This document shows positions 37,335-51,361 of a stretch of DNA of 64,000 nucleotides, piece by piece (position 1 is the stretch's first letter; each line of letters opens with the position of its first letter). The DNA is from Peribolospora baueri. Its lineage: Eukaryota. The position numbers were made by a program, and so were the translations under genes. A model generated the notes under the pieces. That model made no database searches, had not been told where the DNA came from, and saw only the letters and a list, made by a program, of their open reading frames with translations. The DNA is taken from contig JAMDHS010000023.1 of assembly GCA_029717555.1 (NCBI GenBank), forward strand, positions 186,001 to 250,000, in the 5' to 3' direction.

Positions 37335-40300
37335 ATGCAGGAAGCAGCGCAGGGCAAGGACAAGGGGAAGGGAAGGGCGAACGAGGAGGGTCCGGTGCGC
37401 GACTCCCTTGGCGCCGACGGCCTCGAGTCGCTTCGAAAGCGCATGGCGGGCCGTGAGTGCCAACTCGTCGCCCATCGGATACCCTGTCCTTCGCCGTGCT
37501 AACCTGGCCCTCTCGCCTGTCCTGTCTCCATTCTGTTTGTGCGCTCATGCTGCTCTTTTCTCCTTGACATTCTTCTCCACCCCTGCGGCTCAATGCAGCC
37601 TCCTCCAACAAAGCAGGCCTCTCCCACGACCAGGAAGACATCAACCGCAAGATCTACGAGGCGTCCAAGGGCAGCAAGTTTTTCGAGAACGAACGCAAAA
37701 GGGATGAGGAGGTCACGAGGAGGATCGAGAGGCTCAGAGCTGTGGAAGAGGAGGGGTTGAGAAGGTTGGGCCTCGCCTTAGCAGATGGGCGGGTCGTTGG
37801 TGAGTCTGTGGAAATGCGGAGGGCGGAGAAGGAAATGGCGGATTTGGTGAGCTTCGTTGAGACCACTTTCGACAAGGCCATCCCGGACACATTTTTCTCA
37901 TTCAGTCCCTACCAACCTTCCTCTATCGCATGATGGAATTCCATCTGTTCAGATCGCCGCGCTAGAACTTGAGCGCGACCTGAAGGAATACATTCTACAT
38001 TGCGACATGGTAAGTCGTGAGGCCCGGTAGATGACAGCTGTGAAAGGCGCATCGAACAGAGGCCATTTCCTCACTTTCTTTCTCTCCTCCCTCTCCTCCG
38101 TCCTTTTGTTGCCCAGGACATGTTTTATGCGGCCGTTGAACAACTCGGCGACCCCACTCTCGCCACCGTACCCTTCGGTGTGGGCAGCCTGCATGGCGTG
38201 CTCACAACGTGCAACTACGAGGCGAGGAAGTACGGCGTTCGGAGCGGTATGGCTGGCTTTGTGGCTGCCAAATTGTGTCCTCATCTTCGGTTTGTGAGCA
38301 CGTTACCCTTCCTTTCTACTGTCCCATGGCTTGTCGATTCCGAACCTTGCACTCATTTACTGGCTCAAGGTAAAGAACGATTTCTCCAAGTACACGGCCG
38401 CCTCAAACAAAGTGTTCGACGTCTTTCGTCAATGTAGGCTCTCTTCCTCCGCGCCCCGGTGCCTTTTCACTCCCACGGGAGGATAACGTCACAGGTGGGA
38501 CTGATGCCAAGACCACGCCTTGCCCTTCGCAGATGACCCGCTCATGTCCCCCGCGTCCCTCGACGAGGCGTACCTGAGCGTTAGGCGGTACTGCGAAGAG
38601 TACCAAATGGGCGTCGAGGAGGTCGTCCAGCGCATCCGAGCCGAGGTGAGGGAGAGGACAAAACTCACCGTTAGCATCGGCGTTGCTCCGAACAAGAGTG
38701 AGTACGTCCCCACCGGAGCCCCTCAACTCTGGTCGCGGCAGCTTGTCGATCTCGTCCTGACTGACGGACCGCCGACATCTTGGGCCCGAGTCAGTGCTGG
38801 CAAAGGTGAGATCGCGCTCGCTCGATCTCTTTCGCCATAAGCGAGGAGATTAAACGGCTCTCCGCCCGTATGCCTCTCCCACCCTCCTTCCCTTCACAGA
38901 TCTGCTCAGACAAGAACAAACCGGACAACTACTACATCATCGAGTACGACCGGCGGCACATCATCGAGTTTATGGACCGTCTTTCTGTTCGAAAGGTGCC
39001 CGGAATCGGGAGGGTCACGGAGAGGATCTTGAACGCTTTCGGCGTCGTGGTGAGAGTGCGCGTCTTTCTTGTTGCTAGGCGTCAGACTTGGCTGGCTTTT
39101 GACCTCCGGTGGTCTTCGTTTGCATTCCGTCGGCGTCTCCAAAGACGTGCGGAGACATCTACAGGCAGCGACTGCGCTTGTATCTGCTTCGACAACAGAT
39201 TGGTTTGGACGGTCTGCTCAGAGCGTACCTAGGCTTGGGCTCGAATATCGTGAGGCCGCATCGGAGGGAGGAGCGAAAGACGGTGGGCAGAGAGTCGTTA
39301 GTACCCGAGCCGAGCTGTGGCCTTCTTCCACTCCAAACCTATTGTGAAAAAAGACGGATGTCCTCTCACACCACAACTTTTTCGCATCCGCGCAGAACGT
39401 TTCAGCCAACGTCGAACGAAGGTGTCCTTTACGCAAAACTGAGGAACGCGGCGGAGCACGTAGAGGAGGATCTGAAGAGGCTCAATTTCTGTGTGCGTGG
39501 TTTGTCCGAAGCAGCCGATTGGACCGTTTCAATTCATATCACAGTGGGATGAACCAGCGGTTTCTCCTTGTCACACGTCCAGGGAAGTACCGTCACCTTG
39601 CGGTACAAGCTTGACACCTACGCTTGTGAGACCCCGTGTTCTCGGTCACCCTATCTATACCCTGCCCAATCGCCTCATCATGAAGTCCACAACTTCCCCC
39701 TTCCCTCCCTCCAGCATACACCCGTGCCAAGACCGTAGCGCACAAAGTGAACAAGGCGGACGAGATCTTTTCCATCGCCTCAAAGCTTCTCGCCGCGGAG
39801 CTTCCTCTCCGGTGTCGTCTCATCGGCGTGAGGGTCGGCAAACTGGTGGATAGGGGCGTCCTCGAGAACGGCGGTCCGCTCGATAAGGTGCGGTGTACGG
39901 TCGGCCGGTCTATTCTGGTCTTTCGTCTTTCGCTCATGACTCATCAGAGCTGACGGAGCGTGGGAAGATGCTTTTCGCCCGCCATCGGTTTCGGACAGGC
40001 CTTCGTGAGGAACGGCTTGTCGCTAAAGTTCCAGAAAATTTCTCCCGTCGCGGAGGGGGCGAGCGCGGGAGAGCACAGCGAAATGGACGGCGCTTCGCCC
40101 CAGGAAGAGTTTGCGAACCCGCCGGAGGATGCGTTTCTCCGCGACGAGAAGATCGGGCCGCTCGAGGATGGCGACGGTCCAGACATGGCGCCGCATCGCA
40201 GCGGAACACGTTCTCCGCCGCCGTGGGAGGAGACGCTGCGTACGACTTCACCTCCGCCCTCAGATTCCAGCGCCCCCACGACAGCGACGTCGACCGAACC

Positions 40301-40493
40301 GACGGTCATCTGCCCGATCTGCAACGACCCCGTGCAGGACGGAGAAGATAACGCTGCGCTGAACGCCCACATCGACTTGTGCTTAAACGGGCCGGGCGTG
40401 GTGGCCCCGGTTTCGGCTTCCGCCGACGTGTTGCCGAAGAAGGGGAAAAGGAGGCGAGTGAGAACGTTGGATGGATATTTTCAGATCAAGTGA
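37335..40493 (+). CDS. POLK: DNA polymerase kappa (Y family, DinB-like), multi-exon
   Basis: N-clasp KAGL...INRKIYEASKGSKFFENE, catalytic HCDMDMFYAAVE, CNYEARKYGVRSGM, SLDEAY, LAKICSDKNKP, KVPGIG, UBZ finger CPICN...NAHIDLCL, PIP-like TLDGYF. Confidence 0.93.
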
Positions 40494-40957
40494 ATTTTTG
40501 GACAGCCTGGCCTGGGCCGGTGACGTCAAGCGGGTGGTGGAAGGGCGAGTGGTGGCTTTTGTTTTTTTTCCTGACTTGCCCTGGACTGGACGCCTTCAGA
40601 GCCTTTGTCTGGCCTCCAAAGGTTGGGCCCCGTGTATCCTAGTCGCAGCCTTGTGCGACGGACGTCGACAACCATGTCATTTTCCATTCCATATGATATC
40701 AATTGCGTGGCGTGTCCAGAGCCTCCCGATGGTCCGGTCCGTTTCTTCACCCGCGAACGCGAACGTGATCGGCGGACGATCGCCCCTTCTGTTTTCTGAC
40801 CCTAACGGAACTTCTGATGCTACGAGGGGGCCTCCTCTTCCCTTGCCGTCGTTTCGTCACCTTCGTCTCTCGTCCCCACTCTCCTCCCACCGCGCTCGCT
40901 CGTCCCAAGTTCGCTCCTACCGCCCCCTCCGCACGCACACACCCCAGCGCCCTCACC

Positions 40958-42802
40958 ATGTCCGCACCCGAACGCTTGCCGTACCTCACCGTCTCGGACC
41001 TCCGGCCGGTCCTTGCCAAGGTGTCGCAGCAGTTTGAGAAGGCGGTGCGAGAGGGGGATGCGTTCTTCTTCGAGAGCTCCATCAGGACGTTGAGGGTGGG
41101 CGGGGATGGGGGTGAGGGAAGGATAGGAGACGAGCAGGACGTCGTTGGGAGGGTGCCTGTGAGTCTACATGACCAGACGTCGGTTTCGCGTCGCATAAAC
41201 TTCCCGGCTCGCTCGAGCGACGGTCAAAGAGGCTTTTCCTTCCCGCCCGCTCACCGCTTGTTCCTCTTCGCCGGCTGGTCATGCCTCCTGCTACGGACAG
41301 TTCCAAATCCGCCTCGTTCCTGCCCTGCTCAAGAAGCCGACCTCAAACGCCGCTTCCAACGGGGACGGCGGCTCGAACGCCCAAGCGGATGGGACGGCCG
41401 CTACGAAGCCGCCGTCGTCGGAGGGCAAGGGTGCCACAGAGGGGCGAAAGCAGAACGAAAAAGACCCGTTCGCTCCTCCTTATGTGCCGAATCTGCTCGT
41501 GCAGGAGTTGGGCGACTATGTGGTCCTGGTGAGCGTTGGGCGTCGCTTCTCGTCCTCCTCATACCGTCCGCGCCGCGCTCGTCTGACCATCACATGCATG
41601 GTATGGGATCGTTTGGACAGTTGAACAAGTACTGCGTCGTTGCGAATCACTTCTTGCTCGTCACCAAGGGTAAGCCCGGTCTTTGTACGGACGGCGGATG
41701 GATGCACGTTCGCGTTCACTGCACGACTTTGCGCTCATACTCGCTCGCTCTTTCTAAATGCACATCCGTCGCCCGCACACGCCCGCCTCGTTCTGTGTGT
41801 GTAGAGTTTGCGCCCCAGCACTTGCCGCCCTCTCCTCGGATGCTGGCGCTCATCTACCGCATCCTCCAAGCGCACGCCGCCTCGGGCGCTGATAGCAAGG
41901 AGCTCCTGGCGTTCTACAACTGCGGGCCACAGAGCGGTGCGAGCCAGCCACACCAGCACGCACAGTTCATAGAGGTCGGTCACGAGAAGGAGCAGGGCGG
42001 CGAGCCGACGAAGAGTAAGGTGCCGATCGAGGCTATGCTGGAAGGGCTGGAGGATGACGGACGGATAGGCGAGTGTGGGCTCGCTTCACTTCGCTTTGGT
42101 TTTCGGCTCTTTTTTTTTGCCCGGAGGCGGCCCCGCGCTCTTTGTTTTCTTTGCTGATGGCTATCCTCCCTCGCTTGGCCTCGACACGCTTCCGCAGACA
42201 CGATCCACGGCCTCAACGTTCCATGGCAGCAGTACGTCGCCTTGCTCACCCCACCTCCGGGCGCGTCCTCCAAACCGGAGGCGGGAAAGCCGGACCCGCT
42301 GGAAAACTACCTTGCGGGCCGGTTCCTTACCCTGCTCGACACGATGGTCTCCGCCAAACGCGCGGCAGCCGCGGCGCCGACGGGATCGGGTGCGGAGGCC
42401 GAATGGGGAAGGGAACGGGAGACGAGCTTCAACCTGCTGGTGACCCGTCGGGCGATGCATCTCATCCCGCGGGGTCGGGAGACGTTTGACGGTCTTCCGG
42501 GGAGGCAGGACGGTGGGGAGATTGGAGCGTTGAGCATCAATGCTCTAGGTGAGTCGCGCATGGGGGGAGGGGACGGTCCCTGGACGGGGCGGTTGCACGA
42601 CTGATGATGGCCTGACGGACATATTGTGGGATTGAACGAACACGCAGGCTTCGCTGGCCTCCTGCTCGTCAAGTCCGAGGCGGAGCTGTCGGCGCTCGAG
42701 CGCCTGCCGGGCGGCGTGGCGGAGGTGCTGTCGGCGGTGGGCGTGCCGCGGACGGCAGAGGTCGAGTGGGCGCAGGAGCTGGTGAGGGACGAGAAGATGT
42801 GA
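40958..42802 (+). CDS. APA2: Ap4A phosphorylase / ATP adenylyltransferase (HIT-like)
   Basis: DPFAPPYVPNLLV, LNKYCVVANHFLLVTK, AFYNCGPQSGASQPHQHAQF (HxHxQ), SFNLLVTRRAMHLIPR, LSINALGFAGLLLVK. Confidence 0.9.
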
Positions 42803-43514
42803 GCGGCGGTGGGGTGGACGACGGCTGCCGTAAGGGACCAGCCCTAGTAGGCCTTTCTCTCCTTCGACTCGATACAGAGCAGGGCGCTCCGTGCGTGTAA
42901 TGTAGAAGAGGCGTTAATGATCCGATCGGACGCACGCCTTGTGAGCTCGTTCAGCAGGGAGCTTGCTCCAAGTTGGTGCAGGTTGCTTGCGTTGTGTGGG
43001 ACGCAGTCGTGTGCGGGTCGTCATTTCACGACTCCGCCGCCGGCAGTATTTTATTTTAGATCGTCGATCAGCTGACTTGTCCCTTCGCCGCGGTCGGCGG
43101 AGCAGCGTCTCCGTCGTCGTCGTCGTCGTCTCGGATGTGGAGCGGTTAGAGTGCAGTCGTTTTACCTTTTAGCGGCCTTCGTTTCCACGCTTCCACCCAC
43201 CGCGTCCCAGCCTTCCAAAGGCTCGCTGTCGCACAGGGATAGAGCAGCGCTAAGGACTGGTCTGGTGAGCACATAGTCACTGGACTGCGCCGGACAGAGG
43301 TGAGTGAAACTCGGGGGGGTCTTTGGCGAGCCCGTCGACGGCGAGACGCAGCGACGACGGGGTGGTGGTGGAAGCGATTACAAGCACTCATATCAAAACC
43401 TTCGTCTTCGCTCTCCGTTTATTCTTGCCCTCCCACCGCCCGTCCTTCTCTTCCCTCCTCTCCATCCTCTCTCACGCTCTTTCCCCTCTCGCACGGACCA
43501 CACCCACACTCACC

Positions 43515-46500
43515 ATGACCATGCCGGCCGTCGCCCTCTCGCTATCCGACCCTGGTCCCCCAACACCAACACCGCGCCGCCAGCGCTCCACCCCGTCCTC
43601 GCTCCTCTCCCTCGCCCTTCTTCTCCCCTTTCTCGCCATGTCCAAGCTCAAGCTCAAGCTGCTCTCGCCCAACTCGCCCTCCTACCTCCCGCTCGCCCAG
43701 CAGCCCTCGTCTCCCAAATCCCGTCCCTTCACCCCTTTCCTCCGCACCGCCCCTCTCCTTCTCTTTCTCGGCGCCCTCTGCCTCCTTGCCTTTTCCCTCT
43801 TCTCCGGCCGCCTTGATGACCTCGTCGGCCAGAGCCAGGGTGGGAACGTCGGCCTGCGATTCGGCAAGCACGCCAACGGCGGCAGCGGCTCGTGGGACGT
43901 GCACGACGTCCGGCAGGCTGCTGCGCCGTTCAGGGTGGGAACGGGGATTGGCGACATTACTGGCCCCGTCGTTGAAGTTAATATGGTGCGTGCAAGCGCG
44001 AGAGCGAGCAGCTGTGGTGGCGGACGACGGCGGGCGGCCGCTCAAGCTCCACGTTCTCTCCACCGTCTCGTCTCCGCTCTCATGCTTGGTCACAGATGGG
44101 ATATGCCTCCCTCCCGCAAACCAACACCGGCCTTCATATGCGTCTGCGCTCCCGCGCATTCATCGTCGCCGACGCAAACGAGAACGGCAAGCGATGGGCC
44201 TTCATCAACGGCGACATTTGTAAGCCCCTTCAGTCGAGAGCCCCTTTATTCGGCTCCGTCGATGGAGTTTGTTCGCTCGTCGTTCCTTCCTGAAATCTCT
44301 CTTGTTCCATTGCGCGTGGCAAGGCATGGGAGATACGGCCATCCGTCAAGGCGTCATCGACCGCCTCTCGGCCCTCTATCCGGGCGTTTACGACAACACT
44401 AACGTAGCCATGGTCGGAACGCACAGTCATGCTGGTGTCGCCGGGTTTCTGAACTAGTGAGCCTCTCAGCTCCGCATGCTGTCCTCGTTCGTCGACTCGT
44501 GTTGTCGTTCACCTCGGTCTGATGGATCGTATTTTTTTTTCCTTACTCCCTCGCAAAGCCTCTTGCCTCAGATCACGTCTCTAGGTGAGCTTCCTTTTCA
44601 AGAGAGCAAAGGATATAGATGCCTGGCTGCTTGCGTGGATGCCTTCAAATGCCGACCTCTGATCTCCCTTCTCCCACCGTCCTTTCTTCTTCAGGCTTCG
44701 TCCGCCAAACATATGATGCTATTGTCGACGGCAGCGTTCTAGCTGTTCAGCGCGCGCACGAGAGCCTCGGAGCGGGAAATCTGAGGTTCGGTAACACTAC
44801 GTGAGTCTTCCGGGCTTTGACGCCGCCTCTTCCTCTTGCAAATGGTTTAAACACTGACGTTTTGACGAGGCCACACCGTCCGCACCGTCCGCCGTCACCC
44901 TCTTCTCAGTCTCCTGGACACTAATATTAACCGCTCTCCATACTCTTACGATCTGAACCCCGCGGAGGAAAAGGCGCGCTACCAGTACAACCAGGACAAG
45001 GAGTTTGCGCTCCTGCGCTTTGACAACGCCACTGGCGGCGCCAAGGGCTTCCTGAGCTGGTTCCCCGTCCACGGGACAAGCCTGGTGGGTCCATTCATCG
45101 GCGGGGGCGTCGGAGGTGCGCGAACGCGAACGGATGCTGATATCGGCCGTCTCGTTTCATCTCAAAGTACGAGAACAACACCTTGACCTCGTCCGATAAC
45201 AAGGGTCTCGCTGCATTCATGTACGAGAGCTACCAGCAACCGGCCGTGATGCCCGGGAACAACACTTTTGTCGCCGGGTTCTCGCAGGCTAACGTGGGCG
45301 ATACGTCTCCCAACACGCTTGGAGCATGTGAGCGTCCTCGGATACCCTATCCGATCTTTCCTCGCCCTATGGCTTTGGAGCTGATCGGATCATTATCCCG
45401 CGGCTCCTTGTGCCATGTTTCGCAACAGTCTGCGACGACGGTTCCCCCTGCGATTACGAGCACAGCACCTGCAACGGCAGGGTGGAGACCTGCCACGGAA
45501 GGGGTCCCGCGTGGGGTAACGCGGGGGCGCTCGCTGTCTCCCCGACGGGCAGCTACGACTTTGCTTCGAACGAGATCATCGCTGCCAACCAATTCGGTGC
45601 CGCTCGGAGCATCATGGAGGGCTCCGGTCTGACCGCGCTCACCGGTGCTGACGTCGTTTCCGTCCACACCTACGTGAACATGAGCAACTACGCCTTTGCC
45701 CTCTTCAACGGTACCACCGTCCACACTTGTCCTGCCGCTCTCGGTTACGGTTTCGCCGGAGGAAGTGAGCCCTCCGTCCGTTCAAATTTGTTCGGTTGAC
45801 CGAACCGAACCGGTCGTGCATTCGTTGACCGCGCTTCGTGGTTTTGTGCTCGCCTTTGACAGCCACCGATGGACCGGGAGCGTTCGACTTTGTTCAGGGC
45901 GATAACTCTTCGTGAGTATAGGTAGGCGTTTCGGCGAGCATACCAGAAGGAGTTTCGAGCGACCATATTGCTCCTTGTTAAGTTTATTATTCTGCATCCC
46001 TGTGTGTTCAACGCCCTCCTATTCAACCCCTACAGCGACACGCAGAACCCGTTCTGGCAGATCGTCAAAGCCTTCGTCAAGGAGCCCTCCGAGTACAACA
46101 AGGCATGCCAGTACCCCAAGCCGATCCTGCTCGACATTGGCGAGATGCACGCCCCGTACGATTGGGGCCCGGCGATTGTGGACATCCAGATGTTTCGCGC
46201 GGGCAACCTCGTCGTCCTCGTCGTGCCCGGCGAGTTCACCACCATGGCCGGCAGGCGTATCAAGGAGGCCGTCGCCGCCGCGCTTGTGGCTCACAACATC
46301 ACGAGCAACCCGATCGTTCAAATTAGCGGGCCCGCCAATACATACGGACATTACGTCGCCACCAGGTGAGACATGTGCTGTAGAAGAGCTCTATCGATGA
46401 TGGTCGCCCGCCCTCTCTATACTGACAACAGTCCTTCGCCGACGCTGCTCCTCTCGATTGCAGGGAGGAATACACTGCCCAACGCTATGAAGGAGCTTCG

Positions 46501-47390
46501 ACTCTGTGCGTACCTTCAACGTCTTCTGTTCCTGCTAGGGGTGGCAGCTGCAAGACATCTGATCGCCGTTTCCTTTAATCGTTGCGCGATAGCTTCGGGC
46601 CGTTCACTTTGGAGGCGTACATAGACATCTACACAAAGCTCGTCCCATCCCTCGCTGCGGGAGCCGCCGCGCCGCCTGCGGGACCTAGTCCGCCCATCTT
46701 CATCAATCAGGCCATCTCGCTCGTCCCCGGGGTGGTGTACGACTCCGTGAGCAGCGAACATGGCTGCCACATGCTCGAGGGGCGAATTGTCTGACCGTGC
46801 CGTGTTTCGTCTTTCTCTCTCGCCATTATACGACCCACCCACAGCCTGGCCTCGGACGTTCCTTTGGCCAAGTCCTGAAGGACGTTCCGTCGCATACCTT
46901 CACGGCCGGAACGGGCAACGCAAGCGCGACATTTATCGCCGCCGACCCGCGCAACTCGCTCCGCCTCGAGGACACCTTCCTGGCCGTGCAGATGCTGCGG
47001 AACGACGACGGCTTGTGGAAGACAGTGCGGACGGACGGGCACAACACGACGACGATACGCTGGACGCGGACCAACACCGTCACGGGCGAGTCGACGATGG
47101 AGGTGGCCTGGGCCATTGAGAAGGACGCCGCAGCTGGGACGTACAGACTGGTGAGCGTCGAAGAAGGTCGCCGCCTCCGCGCGTCCAGTCCTTCGTCCTA
47201 CCGTCGTATCGGTCCGGCTCGCTCGCCAAAGCGCCTATCGTCCGCTAACCTCCCTTCGTCTCTTGAACCCATCTTGCGAAACCCCCTTCCCAAAACCACT
47301 TCGCAGCAATACAATGGAGACAGCAAATCCGTCACCGGCACCATCACGCCTTTCTCCGGCTACTCCAGCAACTTTACCGTTACCGCCTGA
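43515..47390 (+). CDS. Neutral/alkaline non-lysosomal ceramidase with N-terminal membrane anchor, multi-exon
   Basis: GIGDITGPVVEVNMMGYA, GLHMRLRSRAFIV, GTHSHAG, NINRSP, WFPVHGTSLYENN, QANVGDTSPN, TDGPG, PGEFTTMAGRR, EYTAQRYEGAST. Start may be 43515 or 43638. Confidence 0.93.
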
Positions 47391-47756
47391 GAGCGATAAG
47401 ACGCCTGTTCGCTGGACTTAAAAAAGATGTTTAAGACTCGTACGGAATGAACACGGACCATTTATGGAAAATCCAGTCCGGGAGCTCGAGTCTGCCCTTC
47501 ATCGCTTTGTCCCGCATCCCCCAAACCGAGTGTCATGGCGCCCTGAAGCATACTCGCGACGCGTTCATGGAGCCATTCGCAGTAACGCCTTCCGTGGGGC
47601 GAGACATGAACGTAAACGCGTATCGTACAAATACAAGTTGGTGGAGGAGGGGGACGAGAGAGAGAGAGAGAAGGATGGAAAAGCACCAGCTCTGACCGCG
47701 CATGTCCAACTCGTCTCGCACGCGACTTCTGCTCGCGCCAGTGAGCACTCGCTCGC

Positions 47757-49702
47757 TCAGCGCGGTCGAGACGGGTAAGAGCCGGGGAAAGGAATGCGAA
47801 TGTTCCAATTGCGCTCGAGATGGAGTTGGAGGTCTCGCACTTCGAGCGAGTTGCCTTTGCGGTGCTTAGCAAGACGACAGGCGAACTGGGTGACCGATTC
47901 AATGAATTCGTCGGCGATTTCAAGGAGAAGCTTTTTGCGTTGTGGATAAATAAAAGACCGAAAGACGAGGAGGTGAGCTAGAGGCCGTGATCGAACGAGA
48001 ACAAAGGGGCAACGATCTCACATCTTCGACATCCCCTTCCAACCTCTCCTTGCCATCCACTTCGGCGACGAGCTCCTGCACCTTCCTCTTCGTGAGTACC
48101 TTGCCCTGATCCTCGGGAGCGATAGGGGGCGGCCCCACTGGCGCCGTTCCTGTTCCCGGCCCTGCTCCGGCTTGCTGAGCAGCTTGCATGGCCTGCCCGA
48201 CCGCTGAACTGACGCTGGCGGCGTCGCCACCCAGTCCTTCGATCCCCTCCAGGCCCCCACTTAGCCCGCGTTGCCGCGCCACCATTCCCAGGAGTTCCTC
48301 CCAGCTGGAATAGGCCGGACTAGCGCTACCAGCGCCGCCACCAGATTTAGAGCCGCCCAAAGGACCGAGAGGCGGCGGCTTTGTGATACCTGGCGTGCCG
48401 AGGAGCGGTGAGGCCCCGAGGCCTGTATTGAGCGTCGGACGGGGGCCGGTAGAGTTCGGATATGGAGCCGGTGCAGTGGATGACGAAGAGAGATTGAGCG
48501 TAGTGGGAATTGGCGGTGTCGTATTTAGAGTAGGAGTGTAAGAAGTCGGCATTGGCTGAGCGGAAGTGGATGGAGGAGCTCCAGCCGGCACACTTGGGGC
48601 TGGCGCTGGGGACGATGCCGATGGACGCGTGCCTGCGGTAGAGCTGGGAGCTGGAGAAGCGCGTGCGCCGGTAGGCGCCTGTCCCGCAGGCAGCCGCTTG
48701 GCGCCTACAGCTGGCGAACTGGTGTGCGTGTCTGCTCGGCTGCCAGGCCCGGGTGAGGAAGCGGCCAGAGGAGAAGCGCCAATCTGTGCGTTTGTCTGCG
48801 CAGGGCTTCGAGCGTGCGGTTGGGCACTGCTCATGGCGGGGGAAGTCGTAGTCGCCGCTGGCGTCGATGCTGTTGTCTGCTTCTGAGCCTGTTGGGCCGT
48901 CATCTGCTGCATAGCACGTGCTTGCGCCTGCTGCCGCTGTTGTTGCTGAACTTGCGGAGACGCAACGGCTTGATGAGCTTGCTGCTGGCCACTCTGTTGC
49001 GTCTGCTGCTGGGCAGCCGACTGGGCAGCCGCTTGGGCCTGAGCCTGCGCTTGCGCAGCCAAAAGCTGCCTACCCAGCATGAGGTTGTGCCTCCTTGCCT
49101 CTTCGAGATCGTGTTCCATCTTTGCCCGCTCCTCCCCTTGGGGCCCTCCCTGCTCTGCAGTCCGGGCGAGCGCCGCCTCAAGGGTTCGGATGGTGTGCTG
49201 GATCGGGCCAGCGAGCCGCGCAGCTTGCGCCGCGCTAGCCAGCGTGATGTTCGCGTTGCTTAGAGGACTTGGAACTGCTGGCTGCGGTGGCCGAGGCTGA
49301 GTGACCTGCTGTGCGGTTGGCGCGGGCGGACGCTGCTGTTGCTGAGTCGGATTCACGGGGGCGGGCGCCGTCCCCATTTGACGTTGACGCTCGTGACCTT
49401 GGCTGATCAAGGTACGTAGCTGCCATCCATCCACAAAATTCAACCGAAGAGCACGCCACAATTTCGTAAGACAAACAGGAATCCAAGCTGTTCGCTGACA
49501 TTGACAGAAAAGCCTTGGCGAGACGCACCTGGTTCATCCTTTCAGGGCTCACGCGCCCTTGCCGAGCAGCCTCGACGAACGCCTGCAACTGAGCAGGGTC
49601 CCTCAGCAGCGCAGCGATGTTCCCCAGAGGGTTTTGTTGCTGTGACTGTTGCTGAGGCGTCATGCCTGGACCGCCCTGGAACGGCGGCGTTGGGGACGAC
49701 AT
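47757..49702 (-). CDS. TAF12: TFIID/SAGA subunit TAF12 (Q/P-rich N-terminus, histone fold)
   Basis: KVLTKRKVQELVAEVDGKERLEGDVED|LLLEIADEFIESVTQFACRLAKHRKGNSLEVRDLQLHLERNWNIRIP. Confidence 0.9.
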
Positions 49703-49910
49703 CGTCGGACGACTGGCTAGCTGTGTCGACGATGGTGGATTGGAAGGCCACAAGGGGAAACGAGACGCCGAGATGATCGCGAGGGAGTCAACACCGCGCT
49801 TCTCCGCCTATTTCCGTTAATCTCCCTACCCCGCCTTTGGACTCGGACAGACGTTTCGGAGTGCTTCTCAGGTCAGATTGGAGGCAGGTCGCTATCAGGA
49901 AGCAGAAAAG

Positions 49911-51023
49911 ATGCTCGGTGAGGCTCGAAAGGATGCCAGTGGTCCTTGCTGGAACGTCTGTTTGAGCTGAGGATTGACTAACGGGCGACTTCTCTCGTGA
50001 CAGTGGTGGGTTTGACTGGCGGTATCGCTTCCGGTAAGCGCTTTTGCATTCGTCGGGCCTGCTGCTCGCAACCGCCGCACATCTGACCGACGACGCTGTC
50101 TCCCTCAGGCAAGAGCACAGCGTCCAAACTATTTCAAAATGAACATCATATACCTCTGATTGATCTGGACAAGCTGGCCCGCGTGGTCGTCGAGCCGGGC
50201 ACGCGTACGCTGCGTTCGTTGGTGCGCACCTTTGGCGATGATATCCTTCGTCCGGACGGCTCGCTCGATCGGCCTGCTCTCGGGAAAATTGTGTTTGACG
50301 ATGACCCCAGCGGGGAGAAGCGCAAGAAGCTCAACTCTATCACCCATCGAGCTATCAGGAGGAGAATGGCTTGGGAGCTCTTCAAGTTTTGGATGAAGGG
50401 AGAACAGGTCGCCGTCGTCGATACCCCTCTCCTCATCGAGGTTGGGATGTGGCGGCTATTTGGGGAGGTTGTCATCGTTTATTGGTGAGTGGCTAAGTGT
50501 CTAGCGTACGATTGCTAGTCTCCCATGTCATCGACTAATCTGTTCGTTTGTCCGACTACGGTATGTGGTTTCTCACGCTGTTTCTTTTTCGGCATCGTTC
50601 AGCTCCCCGGAGGACCAGCTCGCTCGCCTGCTCTCCAGGGACACCCACCTGTCCGAAAGCTCGGCGAAATCGCGTCTGGCCGCCCAGCAGCCGTTGTCAA
50701 CGAAGTTACCGTATGCAGATGTGGTCCTCGATAACCGGACTACCATCACCGAGGAAAGTACCCCTACAACTTCAACCAACCCGCTTTCTTCTCAAGTCGC
50801 TGCGCTGGTTCGACGCTGGAGGAGACGACAGCGCGGATGGTGGATTTTCAGTTGGATCGTGCCCGGGTGGGCCATCTTCAGCGCTGCGAGCCTCCTCATT
50901 GGTCGATGGTGGATGGCGCGACGGCGAGGATTGGGAAAGGGCAGACCGCAGGAAAGCTTGGTGGGCGTGGAGGAGCAGATACGCGCAAAGGCAATTACGG
51001 TCGAGGCGCACAAGGATCGATGA
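49911..51023 (+). CDS. CAB5: Dephospho-CoA kinase (CoaE/Cab5)
   Basis: ML|VVGLTGGIAS|GKST P-loop, ARVVVEPG, LDRPALGKIVF, LNSITH, VVDTPLLIE, RLAAQQPL...ADVVLDN, C-terminal TM segment. Confidence 0.93.
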
Positions 51024-51361
51024 AGTTTGTAAGCGATCGGAATCGAATGCGGTCGAGCCAGGCTTCTTGTCCGTGCATACGTTCCGCATTCATTATACAT
51101 GGGGTATCGCCCACATGCCGTCACCGGAGCTGGAATAAGACGAGACAGGAGTGCGTAATGCGGTGGCCCGAGGTCTGCAGCATGATTTAGTCCTTATCTC
51201 CGTCCTTGAGTGAGACTTGCGCTAGAGGTGGAGACGAAGCGGGGCACATACAAAACACCTGCTTCCTGCTACACCCCCTTATCCGTCTTGGCCGCGTTTT
51301 ATCGGCTATAGAGGTATCCCCCCTTCTTGATTGCGCGCTTTTCCCAGTCGATATCCAGGAA

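Noticed and set aside
47690..47800. Possible frameshift in the TAF12 C-terminal tail
   Set aside because: The histone fold is complete and this tail is variable, so a lesion cannot be supported without alignment.
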